From assembly GCA_002493085.1 (NCBI GenBank), contig DKXQ01000261.1:340-51107 (forward strand): a stretch of DNA of 50,768 nucleotides, in the 5' to 3' direction. The position numbers and the translations under genes are program-made. Positions 40,268 to 50,507 of the stretch are shown here, piece by piece. Positions within the stretch are counted from its first letter, which is position 1. The number at the start of each line of letters is the position of its first letter. Under the pieces are notes generated by a model, which was not told where the DNA came from, did not search any database, and saw only the letters and a list, made by a program, of their open reading frames with translations. Source of the stretch: Lachnoclostridium sp. UBA7122 (GTDB lineage Bacteria; Bacillota; Clostridia; Lachnospirales; Lachnospiraceae).

Positions 40268-41482
40268 TTGTTAGAGATAAAGACAAACGAGGCAGATTTA
40301 GCCGCAAAAATATTGGTTATAGGGGTTGGCGGCGGAGGAAATAATGCCGTGAACCGTATGATAGAAGAAGGAATACAGGGTGTAGAATTTGTATGTATAA
40401 ATACAGATAAACAGCATCTTTTGAATTGCAAAGCTCCTATTTGTCTTCAGATAGGGGAGAAGCTTACAAAAGGCCTTGGTGCGGGAGCTGACCCCGAAGT
40501 TGGCAGAGCTGCTGCGGAGGAGAACCGTGAGGAAATTACGGATATAGTTAAAGGTGCTGACATGGTATTCGTAACATGTGGCATGGGAGGCGGCACAGGA
40601 ACAGGTGCAGCACCTATTGTTGCAGAGATATCAAAGGATATGGGAATACTTACTGTAGGCATTGTAACTAAGCCTTTCCGCTTTGAAGCCAGAAGCCGTA
40701 TGAACAATGCTCTTTCCGGTATTGATAAATTAAAACAGAATGTAGACACCCTTATTGTAATTCCTAATGATAAGCTTCTTGAGATAGTAGACAGACGTAC
40801 TTCCATGCCTGACGCATTAAAAAAGGCTGACGAAGTACTGCAGCAGGGCGTACAGGGCATTACTGACCTTATCAATGTCCCAGGGCTTATCAACCTTGAC
40901 TTTGCAGATGTACAGACTGTTATGAAAGACAAGGGAATTGCCCATATTGGCATTGGTATGGGAAGCGGTGATGATAAGTGTGTTGATGCCGTTAAGCAGG
41001 CTATATCAAGCCCGCTTCTTGAAACAACGATAGAAGGAGCATCACATGTTATTATAAATATTTCAGGCAATGATGTAGGGCTGCAGGAAGCAAGTGAAGC
41101 TGCTTATTATGTCGAAGAGCTTACAGGCGAAAACTGTAATATTATCTTCGGTGTAAGTGATGGTTCAGACCCTGACGCTGTACAGATAACTGTTATTGCA
41201 ACAGGACTTGAAGAGGACATGGAGGAATCACAGCAAAAACAGCAGGCTTCATCAAAAGTAGCATTTATAAAGCCGGATGCCAGAAAAGCACAAAGTGCAT
41301 CCCAGGCGGACAGGAATATGCCTTCACAAAATTCTGCACAGGCACAAGAGCCTGTTGTCCAGCAGATACCGCAGCCAGAACCTGTAACATCAGGTCCTAT
41401 AAAAATTCCAACACCTTCATACAGCCGCCAGTCAGACGATGGTGGAATAAAAATACCTGAATTTTTACAAAGAAAAAGATGA
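40268..41482 (+). CDS. ftsZ: Cell-division protein FtsZ
   Basis: [27 protein letters not shown]-terminal IPEFL; TTG start after GAAGGAGG. Confidence 0.98.
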   Translation: MLEIKTNEADLAAKILVIGVGGGGNNAVNRMIEEGIQGVEFVCINTDKQHLLNCKAPICLQIGEKLTKGLGAGADPEVGRAAAEENREEITDIVKGADMVFVTCGMGGGTGTGAAPIVAEISKDMGILTVGIVTKPFRFEARSRMNNALSGIDKLKQNVDTLIVIPNDKLLEIVDRRTSMPDALKKADEVLQQGVQGITDLINVPGLINLDFADVQTVMKDKGIAHIGIGMGSGDDKCVDAVKQAISSPLLETTIEGASHVIINISGNDVGLQEASEAAYYVEELTGENCNIIFGVSDGSDPDAVQITVIATGLEEDMEESQQKQQASSKVAFIKPDARKAQSASQADRNMPSQNSAQAQEPVVQQIPQPEPVTSGPIKIPTPSYSRQSDDGGIKIPEFLQRKR

Positions 41483-41499
41483 TACATAGGTCAATGCAG

Positions 41500-41545
41500 G
41501 TCCGGACTTGGATTTTAATGTTGCAAGTCCGGACTTCAATTTTAT
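41500..41545 (+). terminator. Probable terminator after ftsZ
   Basis: 11-bp IR GTCCGGACTTG / CAAGTCCGGAC followed by T-rich sequence. Confidence 0.65.
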
Positions 41546-41579
41546 TATATTGTCTGTTAATCTGACAGGAGGCATAATT

Positions 41580-42413
41580 ATGCGGAATTTAAAACTGGCT
41601 TGCAGCATTAAAGTACTTCTTATATTTGGCGGCATAATCTTAATGCAGGTTTTTGCGTCTGCAATTTATACACTTGGATATATTTTTGCCAAAGCTGTAT
41701 CAGGTGGCAGTGCAATGGAAAAACTGCCTGTAAATATATCACATCTGATATGGATATCTGCAATTAGTGCAATATTGTCAATGTTATGGTGCCTGGTTCT
41801 TTATCTGCGGTCATCATGGCGTGTAAAAGGAATGGATTACAGGAATGTATTCACGCTCCGCAATATATTAGGCATTGCAGGAGCAGGGGCAGGCGGATGC
41901 ATAACACTTACTGTTTTTTTATCTGTTATTATGAGCCTTATGCCTTCAGCATTTGAAAATTACAACCAGGTTATGAAAAACCTGGAACCAGATGGGGAAA
42001 TTATAACGTATATATATGTTATGCTTATAGGGCCTGCCTCTGAAGAAATTATATTCCGGGGTGCAATATTTGACAGGACACGCCTTGCATTTGGATTCTG
42101 GACTGGCAATGCATTACAGGCATTGCTTTTTGGGATATACCATATGAATCTGGTGCAGGGTATTTATGCATTTTTTCTTGGAATGGTTTTAGGAATGGTG
42201 CTTTATACAACAGGAAGTATACTTTGTCCAATAGCAACACATATAATATTTAATTCTACAACTTATATAATACAGTATGTTTTTGGTGGGAATTCTGGAT
42301 TTATGGCAGCTTTATTTGTGGTTTTAATTTTGATTTCAATTATTATGCTTACAGCAAGCCTGCGCTATTTTATAACCAGATGCAGGGATAAGTATAATCT
42401 GGAGAAACAGTAA
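41580..42413 (+). CDS. CPBP (CAAX/Abi) family intramembrane metalloprotease
   Basis: EEIIFRG, FGIYH, HIIFN; SD AGGAGG before ATG 41580. Confidence 0.9.
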   Translation: MRNLKLACSIKVLLIFGGIILMQVFASAIYTLGYIFAKAVSGGSAMEKLPVNISHLIWISAISAILSMLWCLVLYLRSSWRVKGMDYRNVFTLRNILGIAGAGAGGCITLTVFLSVIMSLMPSAFENYNQVMKNLEPDGEIITYIYVMLIGPASEEIIFRGAIFDRTRLAFGFWTGNALQALLFGIYHMNLVQGIYAFFLGMVLGMVLYTTGSILCPIATHIIFNSTTYIIQYVFGGNSGFMAALFVVLILISIIMLTASLRYFITRCRDKYNLEKQ

Positions 42414-42436
42414 ACATGCCTGAAAGGAGATTCGAC

Positions 42437-44113
42437 ATGGATAAACATATTAGTTTTGGACAGTTTAATAATGTATTTAAAATATTATCAAAAAGTACAG
42501 ATGATTATCTGTTTATACTAGACCTGATAGAAGACCATTATAATATTACAGACAGGGCAGCAGAAGTTTTTTTACTTGAAAAACCAGATTTTTACAATGC
42601 CTCAGATGTTATAAATAACTGTGTATATCCTAATGACAGGGATATATTCAATAAGAATCTGGAACTTGTCAGGACAGGAATGATAGAGCAGCATGACCTT
42701 GAATACAGATGGCTTAATAAAAATGGCAATCCGGTGTGGATAAGCAGCCGTGGACAAGTTATATTTAATGATGATGGCAAAGCACAGTATCTTGTAGGAA
42801 GGATATCAGAATTAGGAAGAAAGAACAAGATTGACAATATAACAGGACTGTACCGTGAAATCAGGCTCAGACAGGATATACTGAATATAGACAGGACATT
42901 TGCTGGCAGTGGTTTCCTGCTGCTTATAGGTGTAGATAACTTTAAAGATATCAATGAAAGGTACAGCAAAGAAACTGGTAATGAGACATTAAACGGCCTT
43001 GCCAGATGCATAGTTAAAACTGTCATGGATAAAGCAAAAGTTTACCGCATGAGTGGTGATGAGATAGTGGTTTTTTGCAAAAACCTGGATTCAATACAAT
43101 GTGACCCTGCAGAGGCAATGTATAAAAATATAAAAGCAGCGGTTGATAAGCATATTGGTGAGAAATACTATAAACTTTTTTATACAATATCAGGCGGCTA
43201 TGCATATTTTACACAAGAAGAGGAAATAGATTTAAAACTTATTGAAAAGGCAGAATTTGCATTGAGGCTTGCAAAAATAAACGGCAAAAATATGTGTGTA
43301 TGTTATGACGAAAATAAATATAACGAATATGTGCATAAACTTGAAATACAGGAGGCCTTAAGAAAGTCCGTTGAAAATAATTTTGAAGGTTTTGAGTTAT
43401 ATTACCAGCCTATAGTAAATATGGAGAAGGCATGCATATATGGGGCAGAAGCACTTTTAAGATGGAAAAACGGGGAATTAATGATATCCCCAGGGGTATT
43501 TATACCGCTTCTGGAAGAAAGCGGGCTTATAATACCAGTTGGCAGATGGATTATTGGAGAGGCTATGCGCAAGTGCATGGAATGGCAGGAAAAGTGTCCT
43601 TACTTCCGTGTAAATATAAATATTTCTTTTGTACAGATTAAGAAGAGCAATGTTATAAGTGACATTGATTTATTTATTGAAAAGTATGGAATTGGCAGTG
43701 ACAATGTACTATTTGAAATTACTGAAAGCGGTGAACTTGATTCAGGCTATGCAACACAAAATATACTTGAATCATTCCACAGCAGAAGTTTAAATCTTGC
43801 AATAGATGACTTTGGAACAGGTTATTCTAATCTGCGTTATATTAAAGAAATGATGTTTAACTTAGTAAAGATTGACCAGGCATTTATAAAAGGGATAAAA
43901 ACTAACCACTATGACTATATGGTAGTAAAGCAGTTTACTGAACTTGCACACAGCCTTAACCTGATGGTGTGTTATGAAGGTGTTGAAACAGAAGAAGATT
44001 TTAAATGTGTAAGGGAACTTAAACCTGACTATGTACAGGGATTTTATTTTTCAAGGGCTGTCCCTGCAAAGGAATTTGAAGAAAAATATCTTGGAAAAGA
44101 AAACATATTCTGA
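42437..44113 (+). CDS. PAS-GGDEF-EAL protein, probably a c-di-GMP phosphodiesterase
   Basis: PAS/PAC (EYRWLNKNGNPVWI), variant SGDEI, intact EAL, DDFGTGYSN, EGVET; SD AAGGAG. Confidence 0.9.
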   Translation: MDKHISFGQFNNVFKILSKSTDDYLFILDLIEDHYNITDRAAEVFLLEKPDFYNASDVINNCVYPNDRDIFNKNLELVRTGMIEQHDLEYRWLNKNGNPVWISSRGQVIFNDDGKAQYLVGRISELGRKNKIDNITGLYREIRLRQDILNIDRTFAGSGFLLLIGVDNFKDINERYSKETGNETLNGLARCIVKTVMDKAKVYRMSGDEIVVFCKNLDSIQCDPAEAMYKNIKAAVDKHIGEKYYKLFYTISGGYAYFTQEEEIDLKLIEKAEFALRLAKINGKNMCVCYDENKYNEYVHKLEIQEALRKSVENNFEGFELYYQPIVNMEKACIYGAEALLRWKNGELMISPGVFIPLLEESGLIIPVGRWIIGEAMRKCMEWQEKCPYFRVNINISFVQIKKSNVISDIDLFIEKYGIGSDNVLFEITESGELDSGYATQNILESFHSRSLNLAIDDFGTGYSNLRYIKEMMFNLVKIDQAFIKGIKTNHYDYMVVKQFTELAHSLNLMVCYEGVETEEDFKCVRELKPDYVQGFYFSRAVPAKEFEEKYLGKENIF

Positions 44114-44136
44114 ATATAAAATAATGGAGATTAAAA

Positions 44137-45261
44137 ATGGTGAAAAAAATTACAAATACTATTGTCCTTGTTCTGGCCGCCAGCCTTTTATTTACAGGAT
44201 GCAGCCAGGGCAGTAATGCCAAAAGTGATGGGCCAGTAGCCGTCTTACAGAATGAAAGCAGTCAAATTAATAGTGAAGCAGCACAGGATGGCAATCTGGA
44301 AGTACACTTTATTGATGTGGGGCAGGGAAGTGCTACACTTATTGAAAGTAAAGGCCACTATATGCTGGTTGACGGAGGCGACAAAAGATATACATCAAGA
44401 CTTGTATCATACTTACAGGATGAAGGTGTTGGCAGTCTGGATTATATTATTGCCACACACTATGATGCAGACCACTTAAATGGCGTTACAGGTACACTGT
44501 CTGTATATAATGCTGATATGGTAATTGCGCCTGATTATAAAGCTGAAAGTAAAGTTTATAAATCTTTTATAAATATAATGGATGAAAAAGATATAGATAT
44601 TACATATCCTGAGACTGGTACAGAATATAAGATAGGTGATGCTAAGTTTACAATACTTGCGCCTAATGATACACATTATGATGATGCTAACGACTATTCC
44701 GTTGCAATTAAACTTGTTAATGGAAACAATTCATTTGTAATGACAGGTGATGCAGAGATAGAAAGTGAATATGAGATGCTTGAAACAGGAATTGACTTGT
44801 CATGTGATGTATATCTTGCAGGCCACCATGGCAGCAAATACTCTTCTTCACAGGCATTTATGCAGGCTATGCACCCTGAAAGTGTTGTTATAAGTGCAGG
44901 CAAGGATAATAAATACGGACATCCGTCAGAAGATGCACTTGCAAGATTTAATGCTATGGGATGTGATATTTACCGCACTGATGAGCTTGGTGATATAATA
45001 GCTATAAGCGATGGAAAAAATATAACATTTAATACAGAAAAATCTTCTGGCAGTACTAAAAGCAATAAGAAAAATAACAGCAGCAAAACTAATAAAGGCC
45101 AGCAGAAAGCAGCAAACTTTATAGGCAATATAAATTCTAAAAAGTACCATCTGCCAGACTGCGGTTCGCTGCCAGACAAAGAAAACCAGATATCTTTCAG
45201 CACAACAGATGAGGCAAAAAACGCAGGCTATGCCCCATGTGGAAACTGTAATCCTTATTAA
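44137..45261 (+). CDS. Lipoprotein MBL-fold hydrolase (ComEC/Rec2-like) with C-terminal Ada-type Zn-binding domain
   Basis: Lipobox LFTGC, FIDVGQG, THYDADH, GHHGS, YGHP; YHLPDC...GYAPCGNCNP. Confidence 0.88.
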   Translation: MVKKITNTIVLVLAASLLFTGCSQGSNAKSDGPVAVLQNESSQINSEAAQDGNLEVHFIDVGQGSATLIESKGHYMLVDGGDKRYTSRLVSYLQDEGVGSLDYIIATHYDADHLNGVTGTLSVYNADMVIAPDYKAESKVYKSFINIMDEKDIDITYPETGTEYKIGDAKFTILAPNDTHYDDANDYSVAIKLVNGNNSFVMTGDAEIESEYEMLETGIDLSCDVYLAGHHGSKYSSSQAFMQAMHPESVVISAGKDNKYGHPSEDALARFNAMGCDIYRTDELGDIIAISDGKNITFNTEKSSGSTKSNKKNNSSKTNKGQQKAANFIGNINSKKYHLPDCGSLPDKENQISFSTTDEAKNAGYAPCGNCNPY

Positions 45262-45301
45262 TTGAAAATATATAGATAGAAAGGAAAAAAAGTCAAGAGA
45301 A

Positions 45302-46768
45302 ATGTATAATGAAGTTGATTTAAATAAAATAGATATAAATTCAGAACCACCGGCAGAAGAGCCATTTAGGCAGTACTATTTCATGGCAAAATGCCGGGAA
45401 TGGGTCCGAAACTTTGAAAGGAAAAACGGACGCTGTCCGACAGCTTCGGTCCAGACCTTTGGCTGTCAGATGAATGCAAGGGATTCTGAAAAAATCATTG
45501 GCATACTTAAGTGTATTGGTTATGAGGAAACCGGTTCCGAAGAGGCGGACATTGTTGTATTTAATACATGCACAGTCAGGGAAAACGCCAATCTAAAGCT
45601 TTATGGAAGAATTGGACAGCTCAAGAAATATAAAAAGAAAAACCCGGATATGGTTACAGTTCTTTGCGGATGTATGATGCAGGAAGATGAAGCAGTTGAG
45701 AAAATCCGTAAAAGTTATAACAATGTAGATATAATTTTTGGCACACACAATATATTTAAGCTTGCAGAACTTCTTGCTATTAAACTTTTAGATATGCCAG
45801 GTACAAAAAAGATGATTGTCGATATCTGGGAGAAACCAGCAGGCATTGTGGAGGAACTTCCTGCCGAGAGGAAATATCCATTTAAAAGTGGTGTAAATAT
45901 AATGTTTGGCTGCAATAATTTCTGCAGTTACTGTATTGTCCCTTATGTACGCGGCAGGGAAAGAAGCAGGGAACCAGAAGATATAATTAAAGAAATACAG
46001 CATCTTGTAAATGATGGTGTAGTGGAGGTTATGCTGCTTGGACAGAATGTCAATTCATATGGCAAAAATCTTAAAGACCCTATAAGTTTTACAGAGCTTC
46101 TTAAAAGAGTGGAACGTATTGAAGGGCTTAAGCGTATACGTTTTATGACTTCACATCCAAAAGACTTGTCAGATGGACTTATAGAATTTATGGGGCAGTC
46201 AAAAAAACTTTGCCACCATCTGCATCTCCCATTACAGTCAGGAAGCAGCCGTATTCTTAAGATTATGAACCGCCATTATACAAAAGAAAGTTATCTGGAA
46301 CTTGTGGAAAAGATAAGAAAAGCAGTTCCTGATATTGCAATTACAACTGATATAATAGTGGGCTTTCCAGGCGAAACAGAAGAAGATTTTAAAGAGACCC
46401 TGGATGTAATAGAAAAAGCAGAATATGACAGTGCATTTACATTTATATACAGTAAACGCACAGGTACACCGGCAGCTTCTATGGAGGCACAGGTTTCTGA
46501 AGAAGTTGTAAAAGAAAGGTTTGAAAGGCTGCTAAAAACTGTACAGTGCACCTCTGCAAAAAAGGCAAGCCTGTCAGAGGGAAAGATAGCAGATGTATTA
46601 GTTGAGGAAAAAAATGTACAGGAAGAAGGTTTTGTTACAGGCAGGACAGGACAGAACTACCTGGTTCATTTTAAAGGTGATGAATCACTTATAGGAAAAA
46701 TTGTGCCTGTTAAATTATGTGAAAGCAAAGGTTTTTATTATTATGGGGAAATACAGCGGAATTTTTAA
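45302..46768 (+). CDS. miaB: tRNA-i6A37 methylthiotransferase
   Basis: TFGCQMN, NTCTVRENA, radical SAM CNNFCSYC, HLPLQSGS, TRAM domain. Confidence 0.95.
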   Translation: MYNEVDLNKIDINSEPPAEEPFRQYYFMAKCREWVRNFERKNGRCPTASVQTFGCQMNARDSEKIIGILKCIGYEETGSEEADIVVFNTCTVRENANLKLYGRIGQLKKYKKKNPDMVTVLCGCMMQEDEAVEKIRKSYNNVDIIFGTHNIFKLAELLAIKLLDMPGTKKMIVDIWEKPAGIVEELPAERKYPFKSGVNIMFGCNNFCSYCIVPYVRGRERSREPEDIIKEIQHLVNDGVVEVMLLGQNVNSYGKNLKDPISFTELLKRVERIEGLKRIRFMTSHPKDLSDGLIEFMGQSKKLCHHLHLPLQSGSSRILKIMNRHYTKESYLELVEKIRKAVPDIAITTDIIVGFPGETEEDFKETLDVIEKAEYDSAFTFIYSKRTGTPAASMEAQVSEEVVKERFERLLKTVQCTSAKKASLSEGKIADVLVEEKNVQEEGFVTGRTGQNYLVHFKGDESLIGKIVPVKLCESKGFYYYGEIQRNF

Positions 46769-46853
46769 AAATTTATTATATTTAAGAAGCATTTTATTAC
46801 ATCTTGGCAAAATAATTATGCAATTTAGCCGATATATAAAAATAGGGAGGCAG

Positions 46854-47282
46854 GTGATTGGCATAGAAACATACAGTAATAATGGATTTTTCAGAAAACA
46901 GCCTGATGCAATGGACAAATCTGAAAATGCATTGGCTGGTGTAAGAAAGGAGGCAGATAATAAAAATACATTGCTTGTTAAAACAAAATCAAAAAGCATT
47001 GTGGTCAATAAAAATGATATAATGTATATAGAAAGCAATAAGCGTAAAAAAGAAATACACATGACAAACGGCATTATTGAAATTTATTCTACAATGGGTG
47101 ATTTAAAATGTCTTTTAGGTGATGGGTTTTACCAGTGCCACAGAGGTTTTATTGTAAATATGGCACATGTTTTAGAATATACCTCTGACAGTATAAAGAT
47201 AAGCAGTGGGGAAGTAGTCTATATGTCAAAAGACAAATACAGCGGTTTTGAGGATTCATATGCACTATATCTGGAAAGATAG
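46854..47282 (+). CDS. Stand-alone LytTR DNA-binding protein (no receiver domain)
   Basis: DIMYIES...FYQCHRGFIVNM; GGGAGG before GTG 46854, start uncertain. Confidence 0.75.
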   Translation: MIGIETYSNNGFFRKQPDAMDKSENALAGVRKEADNKNTLLVKTKSKSIVVNKNDIMYIESNKRKKEIHMTNGIIEIYSTMGDLKCLLGDGFYQCHRGFIVNMAHVLEYTSDSIKISSGEVVYMSKDKYSGFEDSYALYLER

Positions 47283-47397
47283 TATGTATTTGACCACTTG
47301 GACCTTAACGGAAAGTGGAACTGTCCTGAATGACAGATGGGCAGCTATACACAAGCTAAACATCCGCTGTACAATAAGTAATTAATTCTAAGAAAGG

Positions 47398-48168
47398 ATG
47401 ACAGTTATGAAAGTAGAAAGTGTAGGAGGCATAAGCAGTTATTATGCATTTATTTACAACAGAAATACAGGAAAAATATTTTCTGACAGTGAAACTGATG
47501 ACGGGTTTGCAGATTTTTATAATTCGGGACAGATGCCAGATGGAGGAAAGTCTTCTGGATATGCTGCAAGAAAAGCTGGAATTGACAGCATGATTGACTT
47601 TTGCAGCAGACAGGGTGTAAAGAACAATTTCTTTAATTCTTCTGACAGTGCAGAAAGTAATATCGTAGTGGAAAACACAGACAACGGTGAGACAAAATAT
47701 TATGTTGATGGACAGCTTCTGCTGACCAGCATACCAGGCGAATTTACTTCAACAGTAAGACTGGCACCAGATAGTACAACAGATATAGATACAGACTTTG
47801 AAGATGTATCAGGCCTTTCCATATCAGATATAAAAGACCTGGATGGTGAAGAAAATGCAGGCCCACAGCGTAAGAAGGGCACATCCTCTGAGATAATTGT
47901 AATGCCTGATGGCACAAGATACCTGATTACAACGATGTATTTTTGTGGCAAAGAAATTAAGATAACAAAAAAACTTCCGCCAGTGGATAAAAATAAAGAA
48001 ACAGAGGACAGCCTGTTAAGACAGGACGACGAGAAGGCAGATGACGGAATAAACATTGATGTGCAGGAAAAAGAAAGAGAGATAAAGGCAAATGCAGAAG
48101 ACAGTCTTATTGACAGGCTTCTGGATTCATACCAGCCGGAAAACCAGGAGGAAAATTCCTATATTTAA
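47398..48168 (+). CDS. Hypothetical acidic protein
   Basis: 256-codon ORF with SD GAAAGGA (ATG 47407 is an alternative start); no recognised domain. Confidence 0.75.
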   Translation: MTVMKVESVGGISSYYAFIYNRNTGKIFSDSETDDGFADFYNSGQMPDGGKSSGYAARKAGIDSMIDFCSRQGVKNNFFNSSDSAESNIVVENTDNGETKYYVDGQLLLTSIPGEFTSTVRLAPDSTTDIDTDFEDVSGLSISDIKDLDGEENAGPQRKKGTSSEIIVMPDGTRYLITTMYFCGKEIKITKKLPPVDKNKETEDSLLRQDDEKADDGINIDVQEKEREIKANAEDSLIDRLLDSYQPENQEENSYI

Positions 48169-48201
48169 ACAGGTATAGCCTGCAGGCACATGAAGTTATG
48201 G

Positions 48202-48237
48202 TAACTGGAGCTGCAATATTTACTGCTGCCCCAGTTA
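48202..48237. terminator. Probable bidirectional terminator
   Basis: TAACTGG-AGCTGCA...TGCTGCC-CCAGTTA imperfect hairpin between convergent genes. Confidence 0.55.
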
Positions 48238-48243
48238 TTACCA

Positions 48244-50226
48244 TTATTTTATCTCAATCCAGTATCTGGTATTAAGCAGGCCATTTTTAATATCATTTAT
48301 GTAATCAGAGTGCTGGTATTCCACAGCAATCTGGTATTTGCCCTTTTCCAGGCTGGATAGCGGAATTAAAATAGTATATACATGTTCTTTAAATATTTTT
48401 GTCTGTTGTTGTGTGTCATCAAAATATTGTGTATATATCTTGCTTTTATTATATAAAAATACTTTTAATACAGTGTGGTCTTTACATGATATCCGCAGTA
48501 TATTTCCATAAAGGCTAAAGTGCAAATCTTCTTCAAATTCATCAGTCAGGTACTTTTCTGCATTAAAATTTTCCGGAAGGCTTTCTGAAAGCACAGGTCC
48601 ATAAAGTTCACCAATAAAAACTGGTGTATCTTCTGTAGCAGTATTTTTAATATTTCCAAGATTAAAATCTATGAACTTTGCGATAAAGTAATCATTGGTA
48701 CAGGAAATGTCAGTTATACATTCATTGGTACTATAGTCAAACCCCATAATCTTTGCACGGCTGTTTACATCATCATCTTTTATATTCGCACACATTGCAT
48801 ATATGCAGTTATTTTCTTTGTCAAATTCTACATTTGAACGTGTAATTGAGAGTGGTACAGGTATAAATTTATCCATTTTTGCAGTCATATTAGTTTCATC
48901 TATTGTAAAAACCATTATATTGGATTGCTTAGCACCATCAAAATAATCTACAGGCCTGCGGTTTGCCGTGTGGTTATCAAATAGCATGATACGCAATTTT
49001 TTAACACCGCATGTATTAGTTCTTTCAAGGATTTTAATACCATGCTGCTGGAAAAACCATTTTATATCTGCGTCTGGTTTCAGTACTTTATCTGCCTGTG
49101 CTGTCTTTTTGTAAAATACAGGATTGGCAAGAATCCATATTAATTCTTTTGTATGCAGGTTTATCTTAGCTATTGTGTGTATATTCCGGAAAGAAGCAAT
49201 TACAGCATCTTCTTCAGGGATATATTCAAATGAATTTACATGTGCCCAGTCATACCGTGTTATATATGTGCTGTCAAAAATATCATTAACATTCAGGGAG
49301 CGTACAATTTCTCCGGTATTTTTATCAATTTCATCAATAGAGTTTTCCATATAAGTATCATATCTTGAGCTTGTAGCGGCTAATATATTGCCATCATTTT
49401 CCTTAGAAATTATCCAGTGGTGGAATCCTGACTGGTGGTATATATTTCTGTAAATACGTCCCAGAAAATCCATTTCATAAGCTAAAACTGAGTGTGCATT
49501 GCCATAATTAGGTCTTTTCATCCGCTTATCAGGAACTATTATATGCCCATTTTCAAGCATGTGTACTCCATATGGATGTACAGGCATAATAAGATACCAG
49601 CGTATATTTCCATGGCTGTCAAATGCATAATTGGCCTCACTATAACCACCTGTTGCCATAATAAAAGGAAGGCTTGCAGAACTGGTTTTACTGGTCTGGA
49701 TACAGTTTCTTAAAACTGGGTTTGTCCTTGGAAGTTTTATCCTTATCGTACGGCTGTTAGTTTCATTGCCATCTTTATCAAGTAATGAATACTTTATAAT
49801 ATTGATAGTGCCATCATACATTCCAAGTATAGGAACCTGATGTCTGTCCGTCCATGTACTGTCACAATTAGTATAGTCTTTAGAGCCTCTTATTCCTTTG
49901 ATTGTATACTTTACTTTACATGGTGCATCTGTATTAAATATAAGTAATCCTGATAATGGTACGTACTTAAATGGATTAATTATAAATAATGCATTGTCAA
50001 ATGTATATTGGCCTTTATTTAATATGTTTTCTATAACAATATCTTTTCTCCGGCTTATATCAGCTGTAAGGGCTGACTGCCGTTCAATATTTGACGAATA
50101 ATGCCGCCCATCAGTATATATTCCATTGATATTTAAAGCTTCCGACCGTAGCCATCGCTCATACTGGACATTAACATTGTAAATACGTTTTTTAAAACTT
50201 GATATTAAACGTCTTTTCATTGCCAT
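48244..50226 (-). CDS. Aryl-sulfate sulfotransferase (ASST family)
   Basis: N-terminal Ig-like NPF...PLSG...HQVPILGMY, YEMDFLGR, FHH, DWAHVNS, SFRN, QQH, FDN; SD GGAGG. Confidence 0.8.
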   Translation of the reverse strand: MAMKRRLISSFKKRIYNVNVQYERWLRSEALNINGIYTDGRHYSSNIERQSALTADISRRKDIVIENILNKGQYTFDNALFIINPFKYVPLSGLLIFNTDAPCKVKYTIKGIRGSKDYTNCDSTWTDRHQVPILGMYDGTINIIKYSLLDKDGNETNSRTIRIKLPRTNPVLRNCIQTSKTSSASLPFIMATGGYSEANYAFDSHGNIRWYLIMPVHPYGVHMLENGHIIVPDKRMKRPNYGNAHSVLAYEMDFLGRIYRNIYHQSGFHHWIISKENDGNILAATSSRYDTYMENSIDEIDKNTGEIVRSLNVNDIFDSTYITRYDWAHVNSFEYIPEEDAVIASFRNIHTIAKINLHTKELIWILANPVFYKKTAQADKVLKPDADIKWFFQQHGIKILERTNTCGVKKLRIMLFDNHTANRRPVDYFDGAKQSNIMVFTIDETNMTAKMDKFIPVPLSITRSNVEFDKENNCIYAMCANIKDDDVNSRAKIMGFDYSTNECITDISCTNDYFIAKFIDFNLGNIKNTATEDTPVFIGELYGPVLSESLPENFNAEKYLTDEFEEDLHFSLYGNILRISCKDHTVLKVFLYNKSKIYTQYFDDTQQQTKIFKEHVYTILIPLSSLEKGKYQIAVEYQHSDYINDIKNGLLNTRYWIEIK

Positions 50227-50507
50227 TTGCTGGTAACCTCCAACGGTAAAATATTATAAATAGTTCCCACATTTTTCTATTTCATTTGACAATATTAAAA
50301 AAGTATTTTGTCAAAACTACGTTTATTTTGTGGCATTTCAGGAATTAATATGATAGAAGGCTTAATTATTTTGAGTACTGGCAAATTGTATATGGAAAGA
50401 TTTTTTATAAAAAAATACAAAACTTGATAAAAACTTGATACTTGTATAATATACTTAATATAAATAAATAGGAAGAAAAAGTGTGAATTATTGGATAAAA
50501 TGTTTAG

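Noticed and set aside
41220-41440. Q/P/S-rich low-complexity stretch in ftsZ
   Set aside because: Normal disordered FtsZ C-terminal linker
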